A stretch of 64,000 nucleotides of DNA. Origin: Podarcis liolepis (Eukaryota). Positions 35,893 through 47,887 of the stretch are shown in pieces (position 1 is the stretch's first letter; the number at the start of each line of letters is the position of its first letter). The stretch lies in NCBI GenBank assembly GCA_965112155.1, contig OZ218107.1. One strand, 5' to 3'. A program made the position numbers and the translations under genes. A model generated the notes under the pieces. It worked only from the letters and a program-made list of their open reading frames with translations. It searched no databases and was not told the origin of the DNA.

Positions 35893-35898
35893 AATAAA
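35893..35898 (+). terminator. Candidate distal poly(A) signal AATAAA
   Basis: Upstream TGTA motifs (35817, 35828) and U-rich sequence; CA dinucleotides 10-20 nt downstream; U/GU-rich element at ~35962-36006. Confidence 0.6.
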
Positions 35899-37040
35899 GA
35901 AACCTACCACAAAATATCAGGGTAAAAAAACAACAAAAAACCACAAAGCCCAAGAATCAGAGTCTTTTCTTGCATGTGGTGACGAGTGCCAAAGTGTGTT
36001 GTTTGGTAGAAATGATTTAAAAGCCTGAAGCACCGGAAGTTGTGTGAGAGGATGGATATTGTGTGTGACTCAAAACATGATAACCTGAATCTTTAAATTG
36101 TTCTATAAATGTTTATAGGGATATGGAAAGCCATCTCTCTCGCCTCCCCTTTCAAAATATGGAGGAAGCTACGGGAAGCTATCTGTCATGGTTCTGAAAT
36201 TAATGTTGCGGTGTGTGTAGTTGGAAAGAGGCTATTTAAATATATTTCACATTGTCTCCCTCTTCAGCTTTTCACAGATTGATGAGGGGAAAGATCAGCA
36301 AGTTCAGATTCCATTCACCAAGGCAGAATTCCCCACAATCCCCTCCCTTCCCCTGAAGGTCTCTATAATCCAGTGCCCAGTTTCTGTGGGACCTGCTTCA
36401 GGCAGCAATCTGATGGCCAGAAGTGTGTATTGCAACACAGAGGGAATGCACTGTCTCTCAGCAGGGGTGCCTCTGTTACAGACACTGCACATGCCCTCAG
36501 GCGTAGCTGGAGCATTGCTTCCAAAATCCAAAGAGCAACTCAACATGAACATCTAAATGCATAAATATCAATTAAATAGAAACCTGAATAATTAAGCACA
36601 TGGCACCTACACCTTGAAAGCCCCACCCTTTCTTAGGAGTGATGCTATTGTCCAACTTTTCATTATACCCTGATTAAAATTGGGTAGGGCTTCCTCCTGA
36701 GGCCAGATTCTAGCCTACAGTTCTCCAACTGCCTATTCTCTGATCTAGATCACAGTAGAGGGGCTGTTAGCCTATTGCATTTAGCAAGTGTACTATTTGT
36801 GGGCACAAATAGTTGAGCTGTAAACCCATACTGCTATTCATGGGTAACGTTCACTGAGTGTGCATTTTGTTAACCTGTGTAAACAAATAGCTAAGCTGTG
36901 CAAATCAACAGGTGTACACTCTGTCACACAAACACTTGCCCAGATTGCACCTCTGTTTGGTGTAATGTGTGAATTAGTCTTATGCCACAATGAACAAAAA
37001 CCAGGAAGAAATGCTTCCTGATTATTAAAGGAAGAACAAG

Positions 37041-37074
37041 CAAACAAACAAACAAACAAACAAACAAACAAACA
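37041..37074. repeat. (CAAA)n microsatellite
   Basis: Direct reading. Confidence 0.95.
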
Positions 37075-38249
37075 CCCTCTATTCTTAACAAATTAAAAGA
37101 GGAGACGAAAGAAAATGACACACTCCTTCCCCCAGAAGATTATTTTTAAATACAAAAAAATTATAACACAGATCTTATAGGACCATGTCTGTAAAACTAA
37201 GCATTGGAAAGATGTGTTCTCTATTTCAACTTTTTGCTGAAATAGCCACATTTCTATCACTCACATAAAATACCTGTTGGCTATGCTAGTCTGCCACAGG
37301 TTCAAGGGGGAGGAAGAATCCCAATCACACAAAAAGCTTTCACGTTTGAAAAGGCCATACACGCCCATTCTCATTTTGTGGCACCCTCTTTTTCAGTGTT
37401 TGAAATGGGGAATGAAAGGTGTGTGTGTGTGTGTAAGAATGATTTGAATGAGTTTAAAGATATGTGTGTCTAGAGAATGAGGATTATGTGTGTGGGCTGG
37501 TTGCTCCGGGTAAGTGAATGTTGGATGTGAGAATGAGTAGAGAAAAACTACTGTCTGCAGTTATTATTTAAACTGATGTGGATGTATATTCTATAAACAA
37601 GAGTAGGTACTTTTTTTTTTTAAAGTCAGGTTGATGAGGCAGGTGGTTAACCATCACTAACCTCACCTGCCAACTTAGTTGCCATTTTGAAGTAGAGATT
37701 GCCTTTTGCAACCATGGGCACATCTTTCGTTTGCCTTCACTCTGAATGATGCCTTCAAAGCATCACAGAATTGTCCATGTTTTCCTAAACAAGCTGAACC
37801 AACCATTTCTCTGGGGTTGCTGTGTGTTTCCCAAATACTTAGGAAATGGAGGTCGGAGGCTGATCACCATTTCCCCACGAAGCAATGAACCATGTCTGAA
37901 GAGGATTTTCTCAGGCCCCGTCCCCAATTCCCTGGATTTGAATGTATGGTACAGTTTTCATCATTACTTGGCAGGATTATTCAGCTGAGAAACTTGCTAT
38001 GTGGTCACATGTATGCTGGGGAGAAGGGTCCCAGTAGGCCCACACAAGTTTAATGTATGGGGGGCAAACATTGCAACCATGCCTTCTGCCACCCGTTATT
38101 CCAAAGGGAACAAATCACTGTTGGTGTGGTTGACTGGCATAAGAAAGGGCACTATGTGCGCTCTCATGTCCATGCATAATGCTCTACCACTGAGATGGTA
38201 CCTGGCCCAATCACTACTTGCATGGATCTTGATATGGGTACATCTGTAC

Positions 38250-38500
38250 ATGCATATAAAAATGAATACATGAGTGAAAATAGCATACAAAATGCATTCT
38301 ATTGGGGAAAATTGCCAAAATGTGTACAGAAGTCAAAACTGCATATGAAAATGTGTTTATTAGGATTAATTCACTCTGAAATGCTGGTGAATTATCAAGA
38401 GGATATTATTCACAAGTTGCTGGAGAAATGTGGAGAACTGAATTTAAGACTGGAAAAGGGAGAAACGGAGAGAATCAAAATGGACAGTTCCTCCCATTCT
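38250..38500. mobile_element. Fragment of a common squamate non-autonomous repeat
   Basis: aaaatgaata..gtgaaaatagcatacaaaatgc..gaaatgtggagaactgaatttaagactggaaaa..gagaaac pattern, recognised from lizard genomes; family not certain. Confidence 0.5.
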
Positions 38501-38884
38501 GATCTGTATAGCAGGATTCTCAATTGCTATTGATTACTCAGAGCAGCAGCTGCAGCAAATTTCTCTAAGGGTGCATTCACACATCACTTCTTTGTCCTGG
38601 ATACTCTTAAACTGGTTCTGTGTGTCAATCCCTAGGTTGGAAGTAGGTCCAATAAATCACAAGGTCCAAAGTCTCCACCCTTTGGATGGGGAGAATACTA
38701 GAAATTGAATCACATTTATAACATTTGCCCAGCAGTTGCCCTCCATGAATGTCATCATATGTTACCCTGTGATGTCTCTCCTGAGAGTTCTTCTGGGCTT
38801 GTGGCTGCTTCTTGGTTTTTCTTCTTTGCTTCTTAGTTCTGCTTATACTCTGTGAGGTGACATGATTAGAAATCCTCATACTTA

Positions 38885-39457
38885 CCGTATTTTTCGCTCT
38901 ATGGGATGCACTTTTTCCCCTCCAAAAATTAAGGGGAAATGTGTGTGCGTCCTATAGAGTGAATGCAGGCTGCGCACCTAAGCCCAAAGCCAGAACAGGG
39001 AGATGGAGCACTGCACAGTGCTCCGCCTTGCTGTTCTAGCTTGGGGATGGCTGCACAAAGCCTCCGCAGGGCAGCGGGGTGGAGGCACCCCACTGCTTTG
39101 CGGAGGCTTCAAAGGCTGCGCTCCGGGGGCTTCAGGCAGCTATCTGCAAGCCTTTGGAGTGCAGCAGGAGTTCCCGCTGTGCTCCAAAGGCTTGCGGATA
39201 GCCACCTGAAGCCTGGAGAGCAAGAGGGGTCGGTGCACATCGATCCCTCTTGCGCTCCAGGCTTCGCTTTGCTGGAGAGGCGATGCACAGTTTTCCCTCT
39301 CTGCGCAGCGCCCCTTCAGCAAAGCAGGAGGAGAAATGGAAGGGGCTCTGTTTCTCCTACTGCTTCACTGAAGGGGCACTGAGCAGAGAGGGGGATATTC
39401 CCCCCCCCGTTCTCCCCCTCCTATGGTCCGGTGCGTCCTATAGAGCGAAAAATATGG
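38885..39457. mobile_element. Tc1/mariner (Tc2/pogo-like) MITE, long GC-rich variant
   Basis: TIRs ccgtatttttcgctctatgggatgcac / gtgcgtcctatagagcgaaaaatatgg; TA duplication; internal hairpins. Confidence 0.9.
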
Positions 39458-39916
39458 TACTTCCTGCAGGCAGCCAGGTGCAGCCCATATTGCAAGCACG
39501 GGATGAACTGAAAACCCCTTCCCCAAGACATCCACAGATGTTACACCCAGAGAGGTAGGAGCAAACATTGCATAGGGGCAAATATTCCGATATGCTCTGT
39601 CCAGGGCTATGGATCCCCAGAAGAGAGCAAAATTATAAAGAAGCAGGATTCTTTATATATTACACTTATTACACAACTGTGCATGTTTCCTACTTTCCCA
39701 TAATTTATGCAGCGCCTGCCAATCATTGGAAGGCGGCAAAGTGTAGCATGTGCCTTGCCTGATCCTCTCTTGAAACCTTGTTCAGACTTCCCTGCTATGC
39801 TTCTGAGATTTCAGTAGGCACTTCCCACACTTTTTCCAGCCTTAAGGGCTAGAAAGTTTTGTTTGTTTGGTTTTTTTTAAGAAAGGAAGAGAAAGGAAGC
39901 CAAGGTTCTTATACAA

Positions 39917-39978
39917 TGCACCCATTATCAAACTTTGCACCCATTATCAAACTTTGCACCCATTATCAAACTTTGCAC
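39917..39978. repeat. 19-bp minisatellite, 3.3 perfect copies (tgcacccattatcaaactt)
   Basis: Direct reading. Confidence 0.95.
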
Positions 39979-40048
39979 TTCCACTGCGTGTGACGGCAGA
40001 AATGTGGAACATCTGGCATATACATTGTTGTGGGATTGTGTTTCCTTC

Positions 40049-40183
40049 CACTGCTGTTTTTCTATAAAAAGAGGTGCCAGAACTCTGCATGAACGCCTCC
40101 CTTGTTCTCTTAGAATGGCAATAGTGCCCACCTGAGAGGTGCTGGAACTGAGTTCTAGTGAGTTCTGGCTGAAAAAAGCCCTG
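40049..40183. mobile_element. Second copy of the hAT element seen at 5022-5158
   Basis: Direct similarity, including gcctcccttgttctcttagaatggcaat and the gctgaaaaa..gccctg terminus. Confidence 0.85.
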
Positions 40184-41118
40184 TGTCCCACAAAGAAAGG
40201 CAAAAGGAACCAAAACTAAAACCAAATGAGCTATCTAGAGAGATATCCACAAGAAGGAACATTAATCTCAAAGCACAAATGGGAAGGGAGAGGGAAAGAA
40301 CGACACCGCCCTTAAAGACATTGTGAGGGGTGTTTGTTGCTGTTTTGCATCCATTCACTTTGTGCATCACACCACTCGCACTGATTCTGGGGTTCCCCGG
40401 TCTGCTACATACAGCACAGACAATGGAGAGGTACTGTGTACAGTGCAAGGATTGAACTAGTACATCAGAGCCCTGGTTTGGAAGCATGGGAGGCAGGTGG
40501 CATGTTCATAGTGTCTGGCTGGAGGGGAGGTGCAGAGATTGGGCCTCAACACAGATATCCAGCTTCATCCAGGGCATCTTGATAAAAGAAAGCCCCTCCC
40601 ACCCCCTCCCACAACCATCCATAGTAAATAGAACAGCCTCACAAGGAATTGCATTTCAGGGAACAGCAGTGAGCAGCATTTCATCTGCAAATGTACTATG
40701 CCACTTTCCGAGGAGAAGGAAAAGAAAATGGGATGTGTTTGCAGAACAACGAAGAATGATTCTCTACACTGACATAAGTGGATAAGCTACTGTTGATTAC
40801 CTGACTGTTGGTGACAGAGCTCAATTGCAAACATCTGTGCAGGACTCAAAAGGAAGCTGAAGAAGGAAGTGCAGGTAAGTTTCACTCTCTGGTTCCCTAT
40901 CTTATGTGAAGTCACTGCTAGATGGAATGTATTACAACTATGATAGTGGGGCTTGGTGGGGGGAGGGGACGCCAGTTCAGTAAATGATCAGCTAAGATGC
41001 TGTCAGAGAGCCTGTTATATTATGGCACTAGCAGAATTTGGTGGCAGATTTGCTGTTCTCCTCAGGACAGAACCAGACTAGAAAGATCAGGGAACTTATC
41101 AGAACCCAGTACCACCCG

Positions 41119-41258
41119 GCTTCAATTTCTGGCATCTCCTGGGAGGGCCTGAAAGACGCCTGCTTGAAAACCTAGAGAGCCCTTGCCAATCATTATAGAC
41201 AATGCTGTGCTAGATGAGCCAATTCTCTGATGCAGAGACAGTCTAAGGCCTCTTCCTA
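41119..41258 (+). mobile_element. tRNA-derived squamate SINE (Squam2-type), partial
   Basis: ttcaatttctggcatctcc..cctgcttgaaaacctagagagcc..tagacaatgctgtgctagatg..cttccta; similar to the 60805 copy. Confidence 0.7.
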
Positions 41259-41536
41259 AGCAGTGGCCTCCTATCGCTGTGCCAAAGCCTGCAGAAATGC
41301 ATTCAGAATGGCTATAATACAGTTGGGTGCAGGGAGCTTTCCACTGCACATTTATTTTGGTTATGGATGCAAGGAGCATCTTTTATGCATTTAAAGTTCC
41401 CCCCTCTTGCCCCCTACGTCTCTGAATCAGTAACAGATTGCCAGACCGAAACAGCGTCCATGGTGAACAGGGGAACACACACAAATACGTCACCCCCCTT
41501 ATTTATTTTAAAGAAAGGAGTTAAGGAGGAATACTG

Positions 41537-41843
41537 ATAACTGAACTGTAGAGTTGGAAGGGACCCCAGGGGTCAGCTAGCCCAACCTACAATACAAGAA
41601 TCTCAGTTTAAAGAATCACTGACAGATGGCCATCCAATCTCTGCTTAAAAACCTCTAGTGAAGGAGAGTTTGAGACAGTTTGTTTCACTGCCAAACATCT
41701 CTTACCCTCAGACAGGTCTTCCTGATGTTTAGTCGGAATCTTCTTTCTTGTCATTTGAATCCATTGGTTTGGGTCCTACAGTCTGGAGCAACCAAAAACA
41801 AGCTCGCTCCATCTTCCATGTGACAGACCTTCAGCTATTTGAT
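41537..41843 (-). mobile_element. CR1 LINE 3' fragment
   Basis: tgtagagttggaagggacccc..tcttcctgatgtttagtcggaatc..aacaagctcgctcc..cttcagctatttga (reverse CR1 ORF2 end and 3' UTR). Confidence 0.85.
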
Positions 41844-41928
41844 GGAGAGTTGGCTAAACAGCCAGGATGAGGGGACATTTATGGAAATATAAAAAGGAAT
41901 CTTTCTGAGTGCTGGTTGGAAGAACCTA

Positions 41929-42129
41929 TGGAAAAGGCCCATCGGTCCATATGAGAGCATATGAGTTGTCTGCAAATGGGCTGAGGTTCAGTTCCTGTCT
42001 TCTCTGGGTAGGGCAGGGAAAGATCCCTGCCTGAATTTCTGGAGAGCTTCAGCCAGTCAGTGTATGCGGCCAGTACTGAGCTGGATGCATCCATGGTCTG
42101 ACTCAGCACAAGCCAATTCCCACTGCTCC
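41929..42129 (+). mobile_element. tRNA-derived squamate SINE (Squam2-type), degenerate
   Basis: ggtagggcagggaaagatccctgcctgaa..ccagtcagtgta..tactgagctggatg..ggtctgactcag. Confidence 0.7.
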
Positions 42130-44558
42130 TGGTACCTCTTTAACAAGGTACATGTTTTTATGCAAAGAATCTGGAAAGGAGCAGGCTAATCAGGGATGAA
42201 CTGTGACAGGACACATGAAAGAAGTGCTGCTGCTCCTCATATTTCCACCGACACATCGCACTGCAGGCAACGGCATTCACTTTCTCACTTGCTTTCAAGG
42301 CCGTTTTCCTGGCTCAGCTCCAGCAAGTATAATTAAAGCCAAGTTATCTCAAAATGCTACCTGCATGTCAAAGTGTGTAGGGCTGGTTTTGTTTAACCTT
42401 TCCACAACTCCAGCACCAAACCGACAAATCAGATTTTCAACTGTTCCAGCTTTTGGTGCTGTAACTCATGTTAATTTGTTAGTCTATTACAGTACATACG
42501 TAGAAAATACAGACATTAGCATTCCGGGCATATAAATATAATAATTTAACATTCAGAAGAGCCATTAGAGTATAATTTATTCTCACATGTTTCAAGCAAG
42601 CCTAAATGATACATTTTCGAAAGCGTTGAGTGATTAATACAGCACACTGCGCAATATGGCAATAAAAGTGCTTCGAAATGTAGTGCATATTCAATACACA
42701 ACAGAAATCATAGGGGATGGTCTTCGTTTTTTAATCCAAGAGAAAATAGCCTTTGCCTTTTCTCAGCAACGGCAGCATTTGCCAGGAACACAGATGGCAA
42801 GGGTGCCTGTGTGCTCCTTTTATATGGATCAGTACCCAATTCAGATTTAGTTTTCAGCAACCAGTTTGCTTGCAACAACCTGTGGCCTCGGATGCAGGTG
42901 TGCATGAAGGATGCATCCAGCAAATTTAATTCAGTTCTGAGACACAGATTTGAATACTGCTTTTCCACNNNNNNNNNNNNNNNNNNNNNNNNNNNNNNNN
43001 NNNNNNNNNNNNNNNNNNNNNNNNNNNNNNNNNNNNNNNNNNNNNNNNNNNNNNNNNNNNNNNNNNNNNNNNNNNNNNNNNNNNNNNNNNNNNNNNNNNN
43101 NNNNNNNNNNNNNNNNNNNNNNNNNNNNNNNNNNNNNNNNNNNNNNNNNNNNNNNNNNNNNNNNNNNNTGCAACACACTCAGAAATAGCAGAGTTCCAGA
43201 AAGCAGCAACCTGCCCCCAACCAGTCACTGCTCACAGCTCATGTGACCCTCTGTCCTTTGTATAACACAGTGATGCCTTCTCAGACTGGTTAGGAAACAG
43301 AGACTGCAGTCCCATGCATCCTTACTAAGTTTAGGGCTAGGCTGCAATGGACTCAGAGGGACTTATTTCTGAGGGCAGCTGTTTGGAACTGGGCCATGAG
43401 CTGCAAGGTCTTATCACCTAACCCTGCAAAGGTTAGATGCCCCCAATTACTACCTCCCTCGACTTTGCATATCTTCTTCCCACAGGCCACCAAGGAACTT
43501 GCACTAAATCTGGTCCCTGCAGGACTTGCAAGCTGCCAAAAAGGCATTTAGCCCACAAGAATAAGCTCAAAAGAGACAGGTGAAAACAAAACTGCCTTTA
43601 ATCAACTTTGCTAATATTGTTCTTCTGTCGCCCTTCACGATCTCAGAGTACAAAATTCCAAGCAGGTGGCCGCTATGCAGCCTTCAAAATCTGAAGTTTA
43701 AATAGTTCCAGCCCTGCATTTCTAAGCACTTCATGTTCAAGGAGTGTGGGAGTAGACCGTATCAGCCAATTGGGTTGCTCTGTTTCTTCCAGCCCACTTA
43801 GCATAGGCAATACGGTAATCGGGATGTGTGCTGTTCTAGGAGGCCGGTGTCTGAGCCAATTCCTCAGTCAGCAGCACCTGCGTAACTAACATGGCATTTT
43901 GATGGCTATCTAGCCCGCACCAGCTAAGCTGTTTCTACACCCTGTCATCATGTGTTTCCAGGTGGTTGTAAAACAAGCGGAGGTGTATGGATACAAACAG
44001 AAGGCTGAGCACAGAGAAGGAGAATAGCCTAATTAAAAAAAAGAGAGGGGGGAGCTGGAGTTGCCACGGTCCAGATTATTGGAATCGAAGGAAATGCCTG
44101 AGTGTTTATTACAAGGAAAGTCTGGGAGATTTTTAAGCCACCAGAAATGGCTAACTATAGAAGCTATTAGCTATTAGCCATCTCCAAACAGCAAAACAGC
44201 TGTAACAGCTAAGACTGCCTTTAAACTCATCTTTAAAATGTATGTTTTCTCAAGCCTTCATGGACTCTTAGTCTTAATTTTTAATTTTAGTTGTATACCC
44301 TGTTCAGTTTTATTTGTGATACATAGTTGCATTTTTATTTTAATCACATTTTTTTGAAAATAGTATTTTTTGTCTCTCTGTGTAAACCATGTACAGGATT
44401 TATTATTATTATTGTTATGCACCACTCCAATCTCTGAGCAGTGAGAGATTCCAGCACTTGATATGAAGGTTGGTGGAGACTGTTGTGTCTTTAGGTTATA
44501 TGGTGGTGTGTTGTTGTTTTTACACATATATACAACCACAGTATTAACACTCAAAAAC

Positions 44559-44612
44559 TTAGTTGCAGCTTTGAATCCAGCACATATTAGTTGCAGCTTT
44601 GAATCCAGCACA
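44559..44612. repeat. 28-bp tandem duplication (ttagttgcagctttgaatccagcaca..)
   Basis: Direct reading; 26 identical bases. Confidence 0.95.
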
Positions 44613-45744
44613 GAACAAGCATGCCTCTGTGTCTCCAGCTTCTAGCCCGATTCCAGCTCACTCACACATCCCATTCTGTCTTTTGTTCTCCTAGCAGCTA
44701 GTTGTTGCCATTTGTCCAATGGCAGAGAGCAACTTCTTTGGTTATGCTAATCATAGTGCTTAACTAGCCAGCCAAAGCTATTACCTACACAAAGGAATTG
44801 ATTGGGCAAGCTTGCTGTCTTACTTTCAACAGCCACAGATATAGGCTCCCAAGAACTAATTGCAATGTCCCATTCAAGTGCAGTGGGAATGCATGATCAC
44901 TGGTATTTTGCTAGTCCTCTGGAATGCAAAGCAACTTGTTGTGCCATCTGTGTATTAGTGGCTCACCAATAGATACGTTGAACACTTCCACACCTCTTTA
45001 ACACGTGCACATTTGCGTCTCTCACATAATTGAGTCAAGAGCTGATTTTATAGTTGCAGACTTTTCTCAGTTCTAAAGCACATGTAGAAGTCATGTTCTG
45101 GTGCTGTGAGCACCCCTACATGGTGCCTGCTAGTAAATACACCTGTAGTCCAACTTTGCCACATGGGACCACTTTGCGCCTCTCAGTCAGAGAGACCAAG
45201 CTCAAGTTAGCGTTCAGAATACCCTTGTGCTGATTAGGCTAAGGCATTTTGAGGAGATGCACTTTCTAACTATTACCTTGTCATCGCCTTCAGCAGTGGC
45301 ACAGCTTTTGCCAGGCAGAAGAGGGCTCACAAATGTCTTCCTTTGCCATTGCATGAAAAGCAATACTTTTGCAAAGCACTTGCTTTAACAGCACAGCCAT
45401 CCTTGCACTGGACAGTTGCATTACGTGGAGACGGTCTCCACATTTATTGCAAACAACTCCAATCTCCACTGTTTGTTTTCCCTTATATTGTCTTTTTATG
45501 CCTTGATATGCATTTTTAATTAGATGCGCCTCAGTTCTTTCATTGCTTTTCATTTGGAAAACACACTTTTCACTAACTCTGCAAATATTCACTACTCTTT
45601 GGAGGCCAAATCTCTTTGTTTACAACAAGAATGCTTTGACCTGGTTATCAGTTTTACCACACATTTGCTTTTCCTCGCTTGACTGTGCAACTGTTCATAT
45701 TCACATGAATTTGCATGTGTGTCAGAGGAGGGGAGAGGAGGTAT

Positions 45745-45878
45745 CAGGAATGGGGAACTTGTGGCCCTCCACATTTTTTGGACTTCAGCTCCTATCATCC
45801 CTAAGCATGGGCTGTGGTGGCTGGGGGGGTGGGGGTGGGAGTTGGGGTTCGACAACATTTGGACAGCTACCACCCCTG
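45745..45878. mobile_element. Palindromic hAT-type MITE (degenerate)
   Basis: caggaatggggaacttgtggccctcca ... ccacccctg ends; core like the 29205 family. Confidence 0.6.
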
Positions 45879-46456
45879 GTATATAGGGTGATTAGGGGGT
45901 CCAACTGAAAAAATAAAATTTTGTATAATGAGAAGGTGGTTGACATTCATAAATTATACTTTTGAAGGAACAGAAAATATGCTACATTTCATGCTCTTGG
46001 ACTCATATTATTTTGTTTTGAAGGAAAACCAATTCTGTAGAGCTCTGAAATGGAACATGCTATTCATTTTGGATTGGGGCCTCTTGCCATTTTCCTGTTG
46101 AAAGGCACATGCTATTTGCCTCTGAAGTAATCAGCACATTTTAAAGACAAACAGAAGCAGGAAGTATTAATATTAGGGAGGCACATTCAATGTATAGACA
46201 GGTCTACACAAACATGCAATTTTATTATGCATATATGATATAAAATGACTGAATTTCTCTCTCTTTTGATAAATTTCATGTTTATCTACTTGATTTTCAA
46301 GTATGATTCCATTGGCATTTTATTGTGACTATTTTGTATTGTTTCACCTAAAAAGATCCTGCTGAAAGGTGACCATGTTTCTGGTGAACTTTGTTTCTTT
46401 CTCATTCTGTCTCTCTCACACCTCACCTTCCTCTCTGCTCTCCTTGCAGATCATTT

Positions 46457-46642
46457 AGGAACATAGGAAGTTGCCTTACATCAAGTCAGGCTATTGGTCT
46501 ATCTAGCTTAGCATTGTCAACACTGATTGGCAACAGTTCTTCAACCTTTCAGATGGGTCTTTCAGATGAAGATGCCAGGGATGGAAACCAAGACCTTTGG
46601 CCTGCAAGGAAGATGCTTTATCACTGAGCTACAGCCATTCCC
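46457..46642 (-). mobile_element. tRNA-derived squamate SINE (Squam2-type)
   Basis: aggaacataggaagttgcctta ... agatgctttatcactgagctacagcc (reverse A-box). Confidence 0.75.
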
Positions 46643-47724
46643 CAAAGTTAATTTTGGAATTCCCAAAGGACTGCTGCTTCTTTGCAACACAGTGTGCCAA
46701 TCTGATGGGTTTGCTGGAGGTGAAAGCAGTCTCGCTTTATTAATATTGGTTGCACTGGCAAAGCTTGTTGTGATCCTCCAACAACAGCACCCTGCGAAGA
46801 GTGTGTGGGTGCTTGTTTCCATTGCAGATGAGAACTTAAGTCAAGCAGGTGAAGGGTCAGGCAAGGTAAAGTTTCTAGAAGTTTGCCTCTGCTAATGAAG
46901 CAATACTTATGGGGCAATTAATGATCCAGCAAAGATCCAGCAATTATCCTCTTTACATATTTTTTTCATTTGGGGGTGACATTCTAAACAGAACTATCCC
47001 CTTCCCTCATTTCCCCAACCAAGTGCTTTTTAAAATTGGAGTTTAAAAAGCAGTTTGCAATGCTATGCGGGGAAGAAAGACAACAGCCACTATGGACCAT
47101 GCTGTGACATAAATACGCTGCCCCAGTTTCTGCCTCTCTTAAGTGATCGATTCCATAGTATTGCCTATACAGAAAAAGGATGGCAACTGCCTTTACCCAC
47201 ACTTTAGTACAGCAAAGGCACTCAATTGGTATACATTCAGGGGATTTCCCCCCCTTTCTCTTTTTTGGCAAAAAAATCAGGCTGCTGCTTTTGTATCCAA
47301 ATGTTTGCTCATCCCTCATCCTCAGTAATAAGACAAATGCAGCCAAGCAAGACAAATGAGAGGTGAGGCATCAGCAGAGCTATTTGCCTAGCTAATTGCA
47401 GTCAGTCAATCTTGCCTCAATTCCTTCTTCCCCCTGCAACATCAGGGACCCAAGGGATGTTGCTGGACCCACTCCAAGTGCAGATATGGGCTTTCTTAAT
47501 ATCTTATAACATAACTACCTCATTTCATCCTGATGGTTCAAGATCCAGATTTTTTAAAACAAGGAACACTGTGGGGATCTGTTTTACCCCTCACACCAGT
47601 TTAATAGGTACAATATCTGTTTTTCTTTTCACTGCAGCTGGACTCTATAATACACTGGCACATCGGTCAAATGTCTGTGTTTAGGCTTGGAATTGAATCT
47701 TACCTTTTCCTTCTTCATGTATAT

Positions 47725-47856
47725 CAGTCTTCTTCAACCTGGTTGCCTCCAAATATTTTGGACTAGAATTCCCATCAGCGCCAGCCAGCGCAGTTGTCTT
47801 GGCTGAGTCTGATGGAAACTGTAGTGCTGGCTGAATCTGATGGGAGTTGTAGTCAA
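47725..47856. mobile_element. Palindromic MITE with an internal ~30-bp duplication
   Basis: ttcaacctggttgcctccaaatattttggactagaattcccatcag ... tggctgagtctgatggaaactgtagt followed by tggctgaatctgatgggagttgtagt. Confidence 0.65.
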
Positions 47857-47887
47857 TGCCGTTGAGCTTTCAGTGCCAGCTAAAGGC

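Larger units (their letters stand above)
9908..35920 (+). other. GRIN2B: Putative ultra-long GRIN2B 3' UTR (~26 kb, longest isoform)
   Basis: No coding exons; few TEs compared with 38-64 kb; AU/U-rich blocks; ends in a typical terminal block with AATAAA at 35893. Mammalian GRIN2B is known to have very long neuronal 3' UTRs. The extent is inferred. Confidence 0.55.

Noticed and set aside
39917-44612. Short direct repeats as CRISPR-like arrays
   Set aside because: Head-to-tail duplications without spacers in a vertebrate genome; no cas genes.
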